A stretch of 64,000 bases of DNA from Hormiphora californensis (lineage: Eukaryota; Animalia; Ctenophora), in contig CM035351.1 in NCBI GenBank assembly GCA_020137815.1, forward strand, positions 6,448,001 through 6,512,000. Direction: 5' to 3'. A model generated the notes under the pieces. That model saw only the letters and a list, made by a program, of their open reading frames with translations, had not been told where the DNA came from and did no database searches. Numbering within the stretch: position 1 is the stretch's first letter; the number at the start of each line of letters is the position of its first letter. A program made the translations under genes and the position numbers. Below, one piece after another: positions 25,488 through 38,150 of this stretch.

Positions 25488-26760
25488 CATCATCATCATC
25501 ATCAATAAACATTTAATATCCCGCTTTTTAGCACATATTACAAACTAACACTCACAAAAAGATAAACCTTAATGGATAGTTTAGAACTTTCTAAAGCGGC
25601 TTCCTTAGATCGAGATTCAGTTAATAGTCTAGGACCGTAGATAAGAGTTCGTACACACTATTTTATACTCTAGCATATCCCATCGGCACTCACACAATAT
25701 TCAAATCAGGTACCCTCAACCACCTCATTCCCACGAATAATGTAGTGTTTGTTAGGATACTTCTTAGCCATTTGCTTCAGCCGATCTACCAACTGTTTCC
25801 TTACATTCCTCTCCTCCGTTGTTCGATCCGGGGAAATATAGACTTTATCATACTTTTCAGTCCCTCTAAGTTGGGATTTTTTCGACAGAATCGACTTCTG
25901 AGCGTCTCTGTTTCGAAGCACGACTTTTACCGGTCTGGCAGTTTGAGACTGCTTTCCTAAGCGCTCTAACGACCTCACTAACGGAGCCTCTTCCAGCTCA
26001 GCAAAAAGAGACTTCACTTGAGTTTCAAGCTCATCACTCTTGTCATTCAGTTCGTCCAAACCATGGATGATGATGTTACAGCCACGATCATCAGAGGCTG
26101 CAACAAAGGCCGACTGAATCTTCTTTGGAGCAAGGGCAGTAGCACATTCTTTCTCCAGGACAGATGCAAAGCTCTTCATCTCCTGCTGTGCCGTTGTTTT
26201 AACAGCGGTGATTTCAGTTTCTCTCTTTTCGAGCAACTGCCTCTGGATCTTCAGCAATTCCTCTTGTGCCGCTACAAGGGTCCTCTGGGTTTCGATAAGC
26301 TCTTTACTGTGCATTTTGAGCTCTTTCTCATATTGCCTCATCATCATGGTTTCATATCCCATATGTGCCAACTGTTCACCAACTGGGAAGGTCTGTTCAA
26401 TGAGAATACGGCATGCACCCTCCACTAGGTCTAGAAGCACTGGCTTGTTCAGTGCACTGAGTTTGTTCCTGGAGGGAACTTTCAGATCATCCCAGATTTC
26501 CACTATTTGTGGTCCGTACTTCACTCGACTCGGATCTGTTTCACCAAACCCTCCAGTTAGCGTTAATATCTCGCTTACCCACTCTACAGTTTGTTCTTGG
26601 CAGTATCGGATGTCATCCTCTTCTACGTCTGTTTCCCGCAGGTTGATCCGCGTTTCTTCTTCATTATCGGAGCTTGTCATTTTCTTGCTGCCCTCTTGGG
26701 CTCTTACATAGACATTTGCTCAATAAATAGTTTTACGTTGTAGTTGATGAAAGTTTGAAA
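25488..26760 (-). mobile_element. ORF1-only non-LTR retroposon: SL-like 5' end, ORF1, L2-like 3' UTR, (GAT)n tail
   Basis: Interrupts the host repeat exactly at cactaaaat|ggctct (intact copies at about 25227-25240 and 27778-27791); ends in gatgatgatgatgat; short aaat duplication or microhomology. Confidence 0.85.
25706..26680 (-). CDS. LINE ORF1p-like protein (coiled coil plus RRM/CTD type), 324 aa, intact
   Basis: Coiled-coil region, then NIIIHGLDE, RLGK, RPVKVVL, VYISPDRT..ER..RKQL: motifs typical of L1/L2/CR1 ORF1 proteins. Confidence 0.85.
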   Translation of the reverse strand: MTSSDNEEETRINLRETDVEEDDIRYCQEQTVEWVSEILTLTGGFGETDPSRVKYGPQIVEIWDDLKVPSRNKLSALNKPVLLDLVEGACRILIEQTFPVGEQLAHMGYETMMMRQYEKELKMHSKELIETQRTLVAAQEELLKIQRQLLEKRETEITAVKTTAQQEMKSFASVLEKECATALAPKKIQSAFVAASDDRGCNIIIHGLDELNDKSDELETQVKSLFAELEEAPLVRSLERLGKQSQTARPVKVVLRNRDAQKSILSKKSQLRGTEKYDKVYISPDRTTEERNVRKQLVDRLKQMAKKYPNKHYIIRGNEVVEGT

Positions 26761-27422
26761 TGGCTCTAACCGCCAAACCACTCAACCGTTTTGGCTGATT
26801 CAAATTTTATCTGGTAGGGAATGTCAAGGCCTAACCCCAACCCAAACCCAAACCCCAACCCTAACCCTAACCCTACTTTAGCCCTAACCCTAAAAAACCG
26901 TTTGTCAGCACTCCCAAAACACCCAGATTTTAATTTTTAACGCTGGCCAAAAATTCTGACTTTTTAAAAAAATTTTTTTTCAGTTTCTGATATATTTCAA
27001 CGCGCGCGGCGCGACCTTATATTAAGACGTCAGCGCTGCCGCCTGAAATAAACTTAAAGGGAAAAGAGAGATAGATAGAAATAGTAAGAGAGAGCAATTT
27101 CTCTCTCTTAGTAATTCTATCTATCTCTCTTTTCCCACGGTCGTGGGAATACCGTAAGAGCTTCCACTATTAAAACTGCGCGTTTAGAAATTGACGACGG
27201 AACTCTTTTTTTCACTTTTTCACTGTTGTGTTCCGATTCGGGCGCCGTTGGAAAACGTTAAAATCTGGGTGCCTTTCATTGCTAACAATTCGTAGTTTTG
27301 GCGCGCGCGACGGGTTAGGGCTATCCGTTAGGGTCTGGTTAGGGTTTGGTTTGGGGTTATCGGTTAGGGCTATCGATTCTCTAACTGATACCGTTTAGTT
27401 TACTCAAATCGGCCATGTGGTT

Positions 27423-27612
27423 CCATGGAGGCGAGACACTGTGTTGAGACGCGCACCATTGCGACGCGCATTGCGACGCGCATTTTGGCTTTGCGACGCG
27501 CATTTTGGTATTGCGACGCGCACATGCGCGTCGCAATGCTTAAATGCGCGTCGCAAAGCCAAAATGCGCGTCGCAATGGTGCGCGTCTCAACACAGTGTC
27601 TCGCCTCCATGG
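27423..27612. mobile_element. Near-perfect palindrome of about 190 bp (MITE-like) with internal ttgcgacgcgca subrepeats
   Basis: ccatggaggcgagacactgtgttgagacgcgcacc ... ggtgcgcgtctcaacacagtgtctcgcctccatgg. Confidence 0.75.
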
Positions 27613-28350
27613 CTAAAGCCGTTTGAAGAAAGTCGGTCTAAGTATACTCTTTTGGTAGCGCGCACCTGTAAACAGGCTGCAAGGCACCCAGATTATAATC
27701 GCGCCCGGCGCCGTTAAAAAAACGATCTGGGTGTTTGGAGGCCTGTTTACAGGTGCGCGCTGCCAAAAAAGTTGATTCACTAAAATGGCTCTAACCGCCA
27801 AACCACTCAACCGTTTTGGCTGATTCAAAGTTTATCTGGTAGGGAATGTCAAGGCCTAACCCTAACCCTACTTTAGCCCTAACCCTAAAAAACCGTTTGT
27901 CAGCACTCCCAAAACACCCAGATTTTAACGCTGGCCTCCCGATTCCGTAACTCGTAAGCTTGTTTAATCGAGTTTTCATGCATGATATTTCCTGGTCATA
28001 ACTCGACCAGTGCCAATTGTCACTTTTGGTAGGAGCCACGAGATATAGAGGAGGTTGTTTGTGTGTCTGGTGGTCAGTTGAATACTTATTATTTTGTGTG
28101 TTCTAGGAAGTGGAGATTTGGGAGTTGATTGGTTTCTTTTATGTGACGGATCCCCAGAACTCGGTAAAAAAAGAGCCTGGGTTAAAAAATCAAAAAAGCA
28201 AAGAAAAAAAAAAAGAATATTAAAAAAAAAAAAAAAAAAAAAAAATCAAAAAAAAAAAATCAAAAAAAAAAGAAAAAAAAAAGAGGCAATAAAAAAGAAT
28301 AATAAAAAAATAAAAAAAGCCCACCCTTCTTTCTCTCAACCTCTTTTCTT

Positions 28351-28531
<181 letters not shown>

Positions 28532-28584
28532 GTGCGTGTGTATGTTTGTGTGTATGTGTGTGTTTGTTCTCTTTCTCGAGCGGT

Positions 28585-29198
28585 TAAGGGAACAGGATCT
28601 TCACTTCATCTGCACCTTATTTTGGCATGGTTCCCAAGAAGTTTCACTCTATCACGGCCATGGGCCAAACTGGATATCACATCACAATGTTGCCAAAAGG
28701 GATTTGAAGTCTTATCGTTCACTAACATACTCTGCAAGACACAAATACACCATTTTTCAAGACCAAGCTCAACATTACCTGATTAAGACCTCATCTTTTC
28801 CATGACGGGCACACCTTTTGACCTTTCAAGTTCCTTATTGTGACTGGTGTAGTAATTTTTTACGTTGAGATCTATGGCCTCTGTTGCGCTATATTTTTGT
28901 AGACTTTTGTATGATTCTATCTTGTGGATATTCAGTGTTCAGTTTATGCTGTTTTGATTAACTTATTAACTATTTATTAATTATATGTGACAGTTTATGC
29001 TGTTTTTTAATTAACTTATTAACTATGTATTTAATTATATGACAACGAGGACTTTCGGAAGGACATTGATACGAAGATGCGCTTTAGAAAGCGAGTTTTG
29101 ATCGAAAGGACGCTTTAGTATAAGTCGATCGAGATAAACACTTTTCGCTCAAAAGCGATTTATAAATGTTAAATGTTATTGTTATTGTTATTGTTATT
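28585..29198 (+). mobile_element. Degraded 3' end of an L2/CR1-type LINE with (TTATTG)n tail
   Basis: Decayed ORF2-end-like peptides (KRDLKSYRSL, RAHLLTFQVP, SNFL); cgctttagaaagcg and cttttcgctcaaaagcg stem-loops; then taaatg(ttattg)n. Confidence 0.55.
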
Positions 29199-29431
29199 TA
29201 AATTTTAGCGGGACAACAAGGCTCGCTAATCGCATTCGAGTCTCGTCGAATCAGCTGTTATGCAACCCAGCGACCGCGACCGCAGCTCTTACAATTGGTA
29301 AGATAATTGCCGCATAAGAATATTGGTTTAAGAGCTCTGGCGTTTTAGATTTTAATCCTGAGTTTTTCTTCGTTTTGCGTTTATCTCTTAACTATTAACT
29401 TATAACTAACGCGTATTTTGATTGGGTTGTT

Positions 29432-29771
29432 TAGTGGGAGACACTAGCGGTACCCAAACGAACTCTGTAGCTTATCAGGAACAGGAGATATGGTCATTTA
29501 TCATAATGCCGAAGGGCCCTTACGGGTGTTATTATCATAATTGATCATATCTCCGGTTCCTGATGAGCTACAGAGTTCGTTTGGGTACCGTTGGAAAGGA
29601 AATTTCAAGCCCCATCGAATGGCGAAGGTTTGAAGTCTCATCAGGAAAAGAAGTTATGAGCCAAAACGTGAAAAGTCGATGTTGAAAAACTTTTTCTTGC
29701 GTGTTTTTTGAAAAACGAATTTGTTGTGGTGCGCATTTTTTTGCGTGTACCACAGCTAGTGTCTCCCACTA
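29432..29771. mobile_element. Short non-autonomous DNA element with short TIRs and an internal hairpin; related sequence at about 57810-57940
   Basis: tagtgggagacactagc ... gctagtgtctcccacta; internal IR about 29447-29592. Confidence 0.6.
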
Positions 29772-31436
29772 GTTAGCACTCATGCTGCGCAGGTAAGTTA
29801 ACCCTTGCGCGGCTCTTACACGTCTTTTGATACAAAGATACCCGAGTGCTTATGGTTAACATACCCGGCTACTTTTTTGTAAGTTGGTCCCTTAGCGAAG
29901 CGTAACTTTGAAGGACTCCACCGACGCGAAGTTTTTTAATAGAGTAGCGAATGCCAATTTGAGTTGGGTGATCGGATAACTGTTTATTAGCCTCATGTTT
30001 GATTGTCAGAGAGAATAATAAAAAGCTCTGACAATTATTCTTGAGAATACCTTACTCTCGCTAATTAAGAAACGCTTTAGGAAGAAATTTTTTTATAAGA
30101 AACGGGAAATGTGGAAACACATTAAATAAGACACCCCAAAATAAGAAACTCCCCCAAGAAAGTAAGAAACCCCAAAAATAAGAAACGCAAAAATAAGAAA
30201 CCCCAAAAATAAGAAACGCAAAAATAAGAAACCCCAAAAATAAGAAACCCCAAAAATAAGAAACCCCAAAAATAAGAAACCCAAAAATTAAGAAACCCCA
30301 AAATTAAGAAACCCCAAAATTAAGAAACCCCAAAAATAAGAAACCCCAAAATTAAGAAACCCCAAAAATAAGAAACCCCAAAAATAAGAAACCCAAAAAT
30401 TAAGAAACCCCAAAATTAAGAAACCCCAAAATTAAGAAACCCCAAAATTAAGAAACCCCAAAAATAAGAAACCCCAAAATTAAGAAACCCCAAAAATAAG
30501 AAACCCCAAAATTAAGAAACTCGAAAAATAAGAAAGTAGAAACCCCAAGAATAAGAAACTCGAAAAATAAGAAACCTAATTAGGGGAGGGCCTCAAAAAG
30601 CCCTAAAATGGACATTTTTGACAATACAGACCAAATACGGCAAAATAACGCAATTTAAACTAGGTAAAATGTTGTTTAGCGGTGTTTAGGCTATTTCGAA
30701 GGTGTGGTCAAAATTTCAGCTCTAACGGTTGACAGGTTACGAAATGGTGGCCGGAATAAGAAAGCTGAGACAAGGGGGTTAAACACAACACAAAACAACT
30801 GCAATGAACTGCTTGTGTGTAAACACTCAGAACTGTTGCAGAATGCAGAGGCCCGTTTCTTATCTCTGTTTTCAAGATGGGTGTGTCGCCCTGCTTTCTC
30901 TCCCAATCTCTCTTCAGTCTTCCTATCTCGTCCTCTTTTTCTTTCTTTATCATTGATGATGTCTGCGTGTGTGTGTTAGAGAGAGAGAGAGAGAGTGTGT
31001 GAGAGAGAGAGAGAGAGAGAGAGATAGAGAGAGAGAGATACTAAGAAGCAAAGCGAGTGTTAAAACACAATCTAAGAGTGGGTGGGTACGAAAAGATAAG
31101 GTATTTGACCAGAATGTAGCTCGACAGTGGGGGGTACGAAAAGATAAGAAGTGATACTGAGTGTGAGAAGGGAAAAAGGGGGGGGGGAAAGAGATGAAAC
31201 AAAAATGACGACACGAAAGCAAGAAATCATGAACACAAAACACACGGATTTGAGAGAGTGCAAGAGATAGATGAACGAGATAGGGATCGGGAGGTGCTCA
31301 TGCGTGACAGACCTCCACGCACGTGACTTAGAATGCTGGCACCCAATTGGCTGATCATAATGAAAGTGAAAGTGACCATAAATGCAGCAATTTGATTGGC
31401 TGCGCTGACTGAGTTTGTGATTGGGGGCGGGAACTG

Positions 31437-31487
<51 letters not shown>

Positions 31488-31699
31488 AGTTGGTCCACCT
31501 GCCACCACCTCCTATCGGTTTCCCCCGGGCAACAGGGTCACACGGAGTACCTTTTCCCCATCCCCTTTTCCCCTTGATCGATTTTCAGGTCCGTGTGGCC
31601 GTGGCTAAGCGTGGCTGTGTATCAAAAATACGGAAAAAAATCATAAAATACAAAAAACACAAAAAGATCTTCTTGGCTAGGCGGCCCACAGTGTATCCA

Positions 31700-34600
31700 T
31701 CGCCAACCCACAATGTTTCCCCCCCTTTTCCCCCCCCCCCCCCCCTTCCCCCTCTTTTTAAAAATTACCCTGGAACAGGGGACCGTTCCACCCCTGTGGA
31801 ACCCCCCAAGCCCCTTTTTCTACTAAACCCCTAAACCCAAACCCCTTTTTCTAAATCCCCTTTCTAACCCCAAACCCCCTAACCCTTTCCAGTACCACCC
31901 CCGTTCCTTAGAGGTGTTAAAAACCCCCTTCCACGAGGGGGGAGTTTTCCCCCTCCCCAGAGGAATTTCCCCTTTTGGGCCTCCATTTGCCCCTTATTCT
32001 ACTTCAAAACCCCTAAACCCTCCCTTGATCCCAATTTTGGGTAAAAACCCCCATTCCATTTTTTTAATAGGGGCTCCCCCCAGTTAGGGTTGTTTTTCCC
32101 TTAGAGAGAAAAAGTTTTTCCCCGGGCCAAGAGGGAAAAGTTTTAAAAAAACCCCCCTCCAGGAGATGTAGTTTAACCCCCTTTCCCGGGGAGGAATGTT
32201 TTTCCCCGCTTTACAGAGGATAGTTGCCCCCGGGGGTAAGGGGTTTGTCCGCCCCCCCCTCCCCCCCCTTTCGCTTAAAATTTTTTTACCAAACCCCCCC
32301 TTTCCCGAGGGGTAATTTTTTACCCGCTTCACAAGGATATTTTAAGGGCCCCTTTTTCCCGAGAGGGGGTGTTTAACCCCGCTTTCACAGAGGATGTTTA
32401 AATTTCCCCCGCTTCCCCAAAAGGATATTTTCCCCCGTCCCCGAAAAGGGTATTTTTTAAACCCCATACCCCCTTCCTGAAGGGGTGTTTTTTCCCCCGG
32501 GTCCAGGAGGATGTTTTTCCAAAACCCCAACCCAAAATATTTACCTTCACACCCCCCCCTTCCCCCCAGAGAAGGGGGGGTAAAATTGCCCTCTTCCCCC
32601 CGATGGGGTTTTTCCCCTTCCCCCCTTTTTTCCCCGCTGAGGGGAATTTTTACCCCGCTTCAACCCGGGTTTTTTACCCCCCCATTTTCCCAAAATTTTT
32701 TGTCCACCCTTTTTCCGGCCCCCCCGGCCCCCAAAGTATAGTTTAACCCCCTTTTACAAGGATAGTTTGCCCCGTCCCAAAAAGGATAGTTCCCCCAAAA
32801 AACCCCCTAACCCCCTTCCTGGAAGATGTTTTCCCCACCCCGCTTCACAGAGGAAAAGTTGCCCCCCTTTCCCCGAGAGGATTTCTAAAACCACCCCCAT
32901 ACCTCCCTTTTCCCTTCCCCGAGGAATTTTAAAAAAACCCCCCTCCACGAGGAAAAGTTGCCCCCTTCCGGAGAGGGAATTTTACCCCCCGTTCCCTGGG
33001 GGAGGGAAATTTATTCCCCTCCCCCCAAAAGGAAAAAGGGGGTTTCCCCCCTCCGGGGGGGAAATTTTTTCCCCAAACCCCGTTCCCCCTTGATCATAAT
33101 CCCTTTACACACGGGCCCCTGGCCCAAATCCACCCAAATTGACTTTATAAAAGATCACAAACCCTACGCTGAAAGTGTGGTTTTGTGCTGAAAAGCCCGC
33201 AAGGATGGACGGGCAAACCATCTACTAAACGGGAAAACCCAAAAGTGGGCGGGGGATTCCCTTTTACCAACCCCCCTGCCACCGGTGTCAAATTTTTAAA
33301 AAACCCCCCCAAAAACCCCGGCCCTTCTTTCAAAAAACCGATGACTATTAAAATACGGATTGGTTTGAAAAATCACCCCCAAAAATTACTCATCTTTTCG
33401 ACATTGGGAACAAAAAAACCCCAAAACCCCCGGGGAAGGGTCCCGGTCAAAAAGGGGAAAGAACCTGACTTGGTATAAAACTGGGTAACTAAATAACTTT
33501 CCCCAAATTTCCCCGGGACAAAATCTGGATCCTGGAAAGGCTTTGAACGCCCCGTGGGAAGATAAAGGATATGACCCCCTGCCAGGAAAAAAACCGCTTT
33601 GGGGATTCAGATCTATAGAGAAATCTTTAACACATGGTAAAAATCCGACGGAGATGACCATTTTCAACCCTAGCGAAATGGCCTAAAAGTCTCCCGGTAG
33701 TGGGCCTCCCCGGTTAAAAATTTAAAAACCGCGGTCCCCTTTAAAAAAACAAGTTGGGGGGGAAAAACCCCCATTCCGCCCCAAACCCCCCCCCCAAACC
33801 CCCCCCACCCCCCCCCAAAACCCCCCCTACTAAACCCACAAAAAATTTACCACAAAATTAACCAAAACGCTCTTTTTTACCACTTTATCCCCACCAAAAA
33901 TAAAAGGAGTTGGGAAACCCCATTTGGGGGATAATTTTTAAATAAACCAAACCCACCCTTCCCCTTTCTTTAAAAACCCCCCCTCAGATCCCAAATGAAT
34001 TTTTATAACTCATACGGGACATCCCCTTTTACCACAAAGGGTAAAGGAAATCAGAGAAACGGGGGCCAACATCTGAACGTGGAGAGACCAAACGCGGCCC
34101 GGCCAAACTGAGCCAAGGGCAAAACCCCCTTTCCCAAAAAACCCTTTTCAAACCCAAAAAACCCAGTGGAAAACGAAGAACCCCCCGCCTACCCCCCGAA
34201 ACCATAGGGCTGTTTCCAAAAAATCCTTTGATGGAAACCGAGCCCATCAAGGGCCCTGACTTGAGACAAGGGGCCCCTTGGGGGAAACCCCACGTGTGGC
34301 AAACGTCGACTAGGGCCGGTCATTAAAAAAAAAAACTTTGAAAACCCCAGCTTCAACCACACTGAAACGCTCCGATTTGGGTTTTTGTACTCAGGTTTTT
34401 TCCCAAACCCAAAAGGGAAAATTTAGGCACCAGTGAAACTACCAGCAACCCCCCCCAAAAAAAACAAAAAAAACCTATGTGGGGTGGGGACACTCGAAGG
34501 AGTGGGCCCCCCAAAACTTCGCTCAGACCTTCTAGGGTGACCGAAAAAGAGGGAAGGGGGGGGCCACCCAAAAATTCCAAACTATAGATATCATATAGGG

Positions 34601-37600
34601 AAAAACCCCTCCTACCCCCAAAAGGCTAAAAAACAAAGGGGGATAGGAAAAAATTTAAGCAGAGAAATGCTGGCAAAGGGCCGGGGGAAAAATTAAAAGA
34701 TACAAGAAGAAGGCAAACCTTTTTGCGGAAAAAAACCTGTTTCCCAAACAAACAACCCAAACTTTTTTACCGGAAACTGGAAAAACTTGGGTCGGATCCC
34801 ATAAAACTTTAATCCCCAGAAACCCAAATAGGGCCCCTTAAAAATTCTGGGAAAAAAATCTGGGAAAAAAGAAACTGGCCATAAAAAACCCCGCAGGGAG
34901 AGTGGTTTGACCGGTGTCCCAAAAAATTTTGGAAAAAAGGTCAACCAACGGAGGATTTCCAGATCAACCACGGAAAAGATTTACCGGGCCCCTGCGAAAG
35001 GAATGCCAACTGGTCCTCCCCTGGTTTTTGACGGTCTCCCCCAACGCCCTTTGGATTAAAAACCGACCTGCCTCCATGGGCGGTCACTGGGGGTTCATAA
35101 ATGAAAAACCTCGGGTACGAGTCAGGGGGCCCCAGCGTGGAAAACTGAAGGGAAAAACCTTTCTCCTTCCCCTGGTTAAAGACCCCCCAAGAAGGGCCCC
35201 CCAACCCGGGGTTTTTAAAACTTCAGGGGCCCCTAAAAACCCTTCTCCCCAACCTCTGGAAGTTTTATACCCAAAAAATATTATCAAAAACCCCAGACCA
35301 GCACCCTCGAGGGAAGCGGGGCTCCTTTCCCGGAAAAAAGCAAAAGGGGTGGGCCCGGGAAAAAGACAGGGGGTACCCGGGGGCAAATAGGCAACGCAAA
35401 ATGATCTTGGGGGGACATTTTCAAACGCACAAAATTTATCGGGGTTTTTATGGCCCCCAACATCGATTTAAAAAAAAGGCCTCCCACCCCGATCCCACAC
35501 TCCTGGATCCTAAAAACCCAAAAGGAGATTTTCAAAATAAACCCCCAAGAAATCCCCCGGGGTTCGAGGCAAACGTTCCCAAAAGTTGTTGTCCAAAAAT
35601 AGGGAAAAACTGGCCAGGGGCCCCAAGGGCCCAAAACACATCAAGAGAGGCCTCTTCCAAGGAGGGCGCGTCTCCCCTATACACTTTATTAAGGACTGAT
35701 TTCCCCTTTTTCCCTGCTCCCCCCAAGGGGCCCCCCGGGGAGGCTACCCCAAACCCAATCCAAATGCTTCCCAAACACAACATCTAGAATTTAAAAAACC
35801 CCCCGCCCTTAAAGGCCGGGGGCCTTAACTTAAAAAAAAAAAAAAAAAAAAATTCAAAAGGAAAAAAAAAAACCTTTTTCCCCCACCTTAAAAAATTCCC
35901 CCGGGGTTTACCCCCTTTTGGGAAAACCAAAATCAACATGTCCTTTTGGGATATCCAAATGTGGGGCCTAGACACGTGGGTGGAGTCGAAGGGCCCAAAA
36001 GGCCGGGGAAAAGACCCCTTTCCCCTGGAACGAATTTCCTAAGTGGAGGGTGGGGGCTACAAAGTCCCTCCAAACCTGGAGATTTACTGTATTCTACCCT
36101 CCCAAAAAATGAAAGCTAAGGTTCCCAAAAAAACGAGACAAAATCGAAGAGTTTAAGAAGCTTTTCCTCCGGGGGCCTGTCAGGCAAGAAAAATTTTCAC
36201 TGCAACAAACACAGGGGGGGGGATAACCCCGTTTATCCGTTCGGGTGTGAATTCTTTGGGTGGAAACCAATTCCGAAACCAAAAAGGGCTAGTAGCATTA
36301 AACCCCCCGGGCCCCCTTAGAAAAAAGGGGTTCAACATCATGACTCCCCTCGACATAAGGGCACCAAAAAGGAAAAAAAAGGGGGGTAGGGGGCCCCCCC
36401 AGGGGGATTGGGGGAAAATGTCATTGCGAAAGGGAAAAACAGGAAATCGGACGTTTTTCAACAAATCCACTGGGTCAAAATCTTTGCCCCCACGCAAGGG
36501 TGGGGAGAAAAAGGGGGTGGGTAATTACAGCCCAGGGAAAAACCCAAAACCATGAAGGAAAGATTGGGAGGGGATCTCTTGGGAAATGGAAAGCAAAGTG
36601 TTTTCATGGAAGATTCTTGACAACTTAAAGAAAGGGGGGTTTCGAAACCCCCCTGCCGGGGACCTTGGGGCCCGGGGTCAACAAAGAGAGCCTCGGGGAG
36701 AAAATACCTAACCGACGTATTTTCTGCCCGGATCCAAAGCCACTTTGCACAAAACTGGCTTTAAGGGTGGGTATCGAGAAAGAGGGGTGGAGCGACAGAG
36801 AATTTCCCCTATATGAACCAACACAAAGAGTCGGTGGGGAAAAACCCCAAACTTAAAAAGGTGGGACGAAACTTTGCCAAACAGATTTTTAAACCCCACC
36901 GATCGAGTAGGGTGCTGCCCCCACAAAATTGGGGGTTTTGCCAGGGCCTCCCCCCCCTTTGGTAATTTTTCCACCTAACCGTCAAAGTGGGGGGGGCCAC
37001 TATGCGAGAAAGTGCTTCGAGAATGAGAACTGGGAAATTCCCTCTGGGAAAAATTTCCCCCATACCAAAGGATAACCCCCCAAACGGGCGGTTTAAAAAA
37101 CCCGAAATTGGGGGCCTTCTAAACAAACTAAAGAAGGGAAACGCTTCTGATCGATTCCGCTTTACCAAAGGACAGGTCAGTCTCAGAAAAGGGAGATGGA
37201 GAAATCGAAATTAAACCCGAACTACGGGGGGGGCTCAACACCCAAACGGGGTTTTTAAAAAGGCCACGTTTATCCCTAAACTATCCCACTTTTTGGGCAT
37301 TACCCCCCCCGACTGGAGAAGTATCTGAAAGGTATAAACCCCCAAGGTTTTTTCCCCCCCACAAAACCCCGCAAAATCTTTTCCCCTTCAATCCGATTAA
37401 CACGCCCCCCGGGTTTTTTCCCTTTCATTAAACCAACCCCCCCAGCTTTATCCCCCCCTTGGGAATTTTTATTTTAAAATTTTTTATCGGGGTTTTTTCC
37501 CATTTTTTTGTTTGGTTGGAAAAAATTTGGCTTTTTTCCCCTTTTTTCCAAATTTCCGGTTTTTTTTCGTTCCCGGGTCCTTTTCCCGTTCGTTTTAAAT

Positions 37601-38150
37601 TTTTGGTGGGGGGGTTTTGGGGGGGCCCTTTTCCCTAGTTAACTTGCCCTTTAATTATTTTTCCCTTCTTGAACCCCCAAAGGGGGGCTTTTTTCCTTTG
37701 TAAGGGGTCTTTCTTCCTATCCTTACTTAAATTTCCCCCTTAAAAAGGTTTTTTCCCCCCGGCCTTCCCCGGGGGTTTAAAACCCTTGGGGGGGCCCCGC
37801 CCCCCCCCTCAAACCCCCACGCAAAGGGGCCTTACGGGCCCCCCTGCGGGAGTGGGGCTGTTGGAACCCGGGGGAAAAGAGAGGGAGAGAGAGAAAAGAG
37901 AGAGAAGAGGAGAAGAGAGAGAAGAGAGAAAGAGGAGAGAGAGGGTAGAGAAGAGTAGAGGGGAAAATAGAGGAGAAAGCAGGGCGGAAAACACCCCAAC
38001 TTGAAAAAAAGGATAAAGAACGGGGGCCCCTTCATTCCCGCAAAAAGTTTTTGATGTTTACCAAAACAATCATTTCAAAAGTCTAAAATATCTTAAAAAA
38101 CTTTTAAACCCATTTTCGTTTTTTGCCGGGATTTTGGTCTTGTTTGGTTG
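31700..38150. other. Low-quality, homopolymer-inflated sequence (unpolished read); also 28150-28330
   Basis: Abnormal density of runs of all four bases; no coherent ORFs. Confidence 0.9.
33900..37400 (+). mobile_element. Probable CR1/L2-type LINE inside a low-quality sequence block
   Basis: Remnants resembling APE/RT motifs in the expected order (GDFN-like about 35410, NYRP-like about 36525, GFR about 36640, FLDxSKAFD-like about 36720, SGVPQ-like about 36910, YADD-like about 37000). Frames destroyed by homopolymer noise. Confidence 0.45.

Larger units (their letters stand above)
25150..27935. repeat. Composite repeat with a unit of about 255 bp containing degenerate CCCTAA runs; host for the retro-insert and a palindromic MITE
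   Basis: Unit at 25161-25415, again split as 25416-25487 plus 26761-26957, and again at about 27720-27933; hairpin 27059-27136. Confidence 0.8.

Noticed and set aside
26719-26760. SL RNA gene
   Set aside because: The leader-like sequence is followed by caaatg, not a GT donor and Sm-site intron, so it is at most a retroposed spliced product.
25300-27890. True telomere or interstitial fusion site (also 57470-57630 and 60210-60415)
   Set aside because: The TTAGGG/CCCTAA runs are short, degenerate and embedded in dispersed repeat units.
29570-29605. Hammerhead ribozyme (ctgatgag ... gaaa)
   Set aside because: No convincing stems I-III; the motif is part of a DNA-element inverted repeat.
31700-38150. 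Many 60-160 aa P/G/K/F-rich ORFs
   Set aside because: Products of homopolymer-inflated low-quality sequence.
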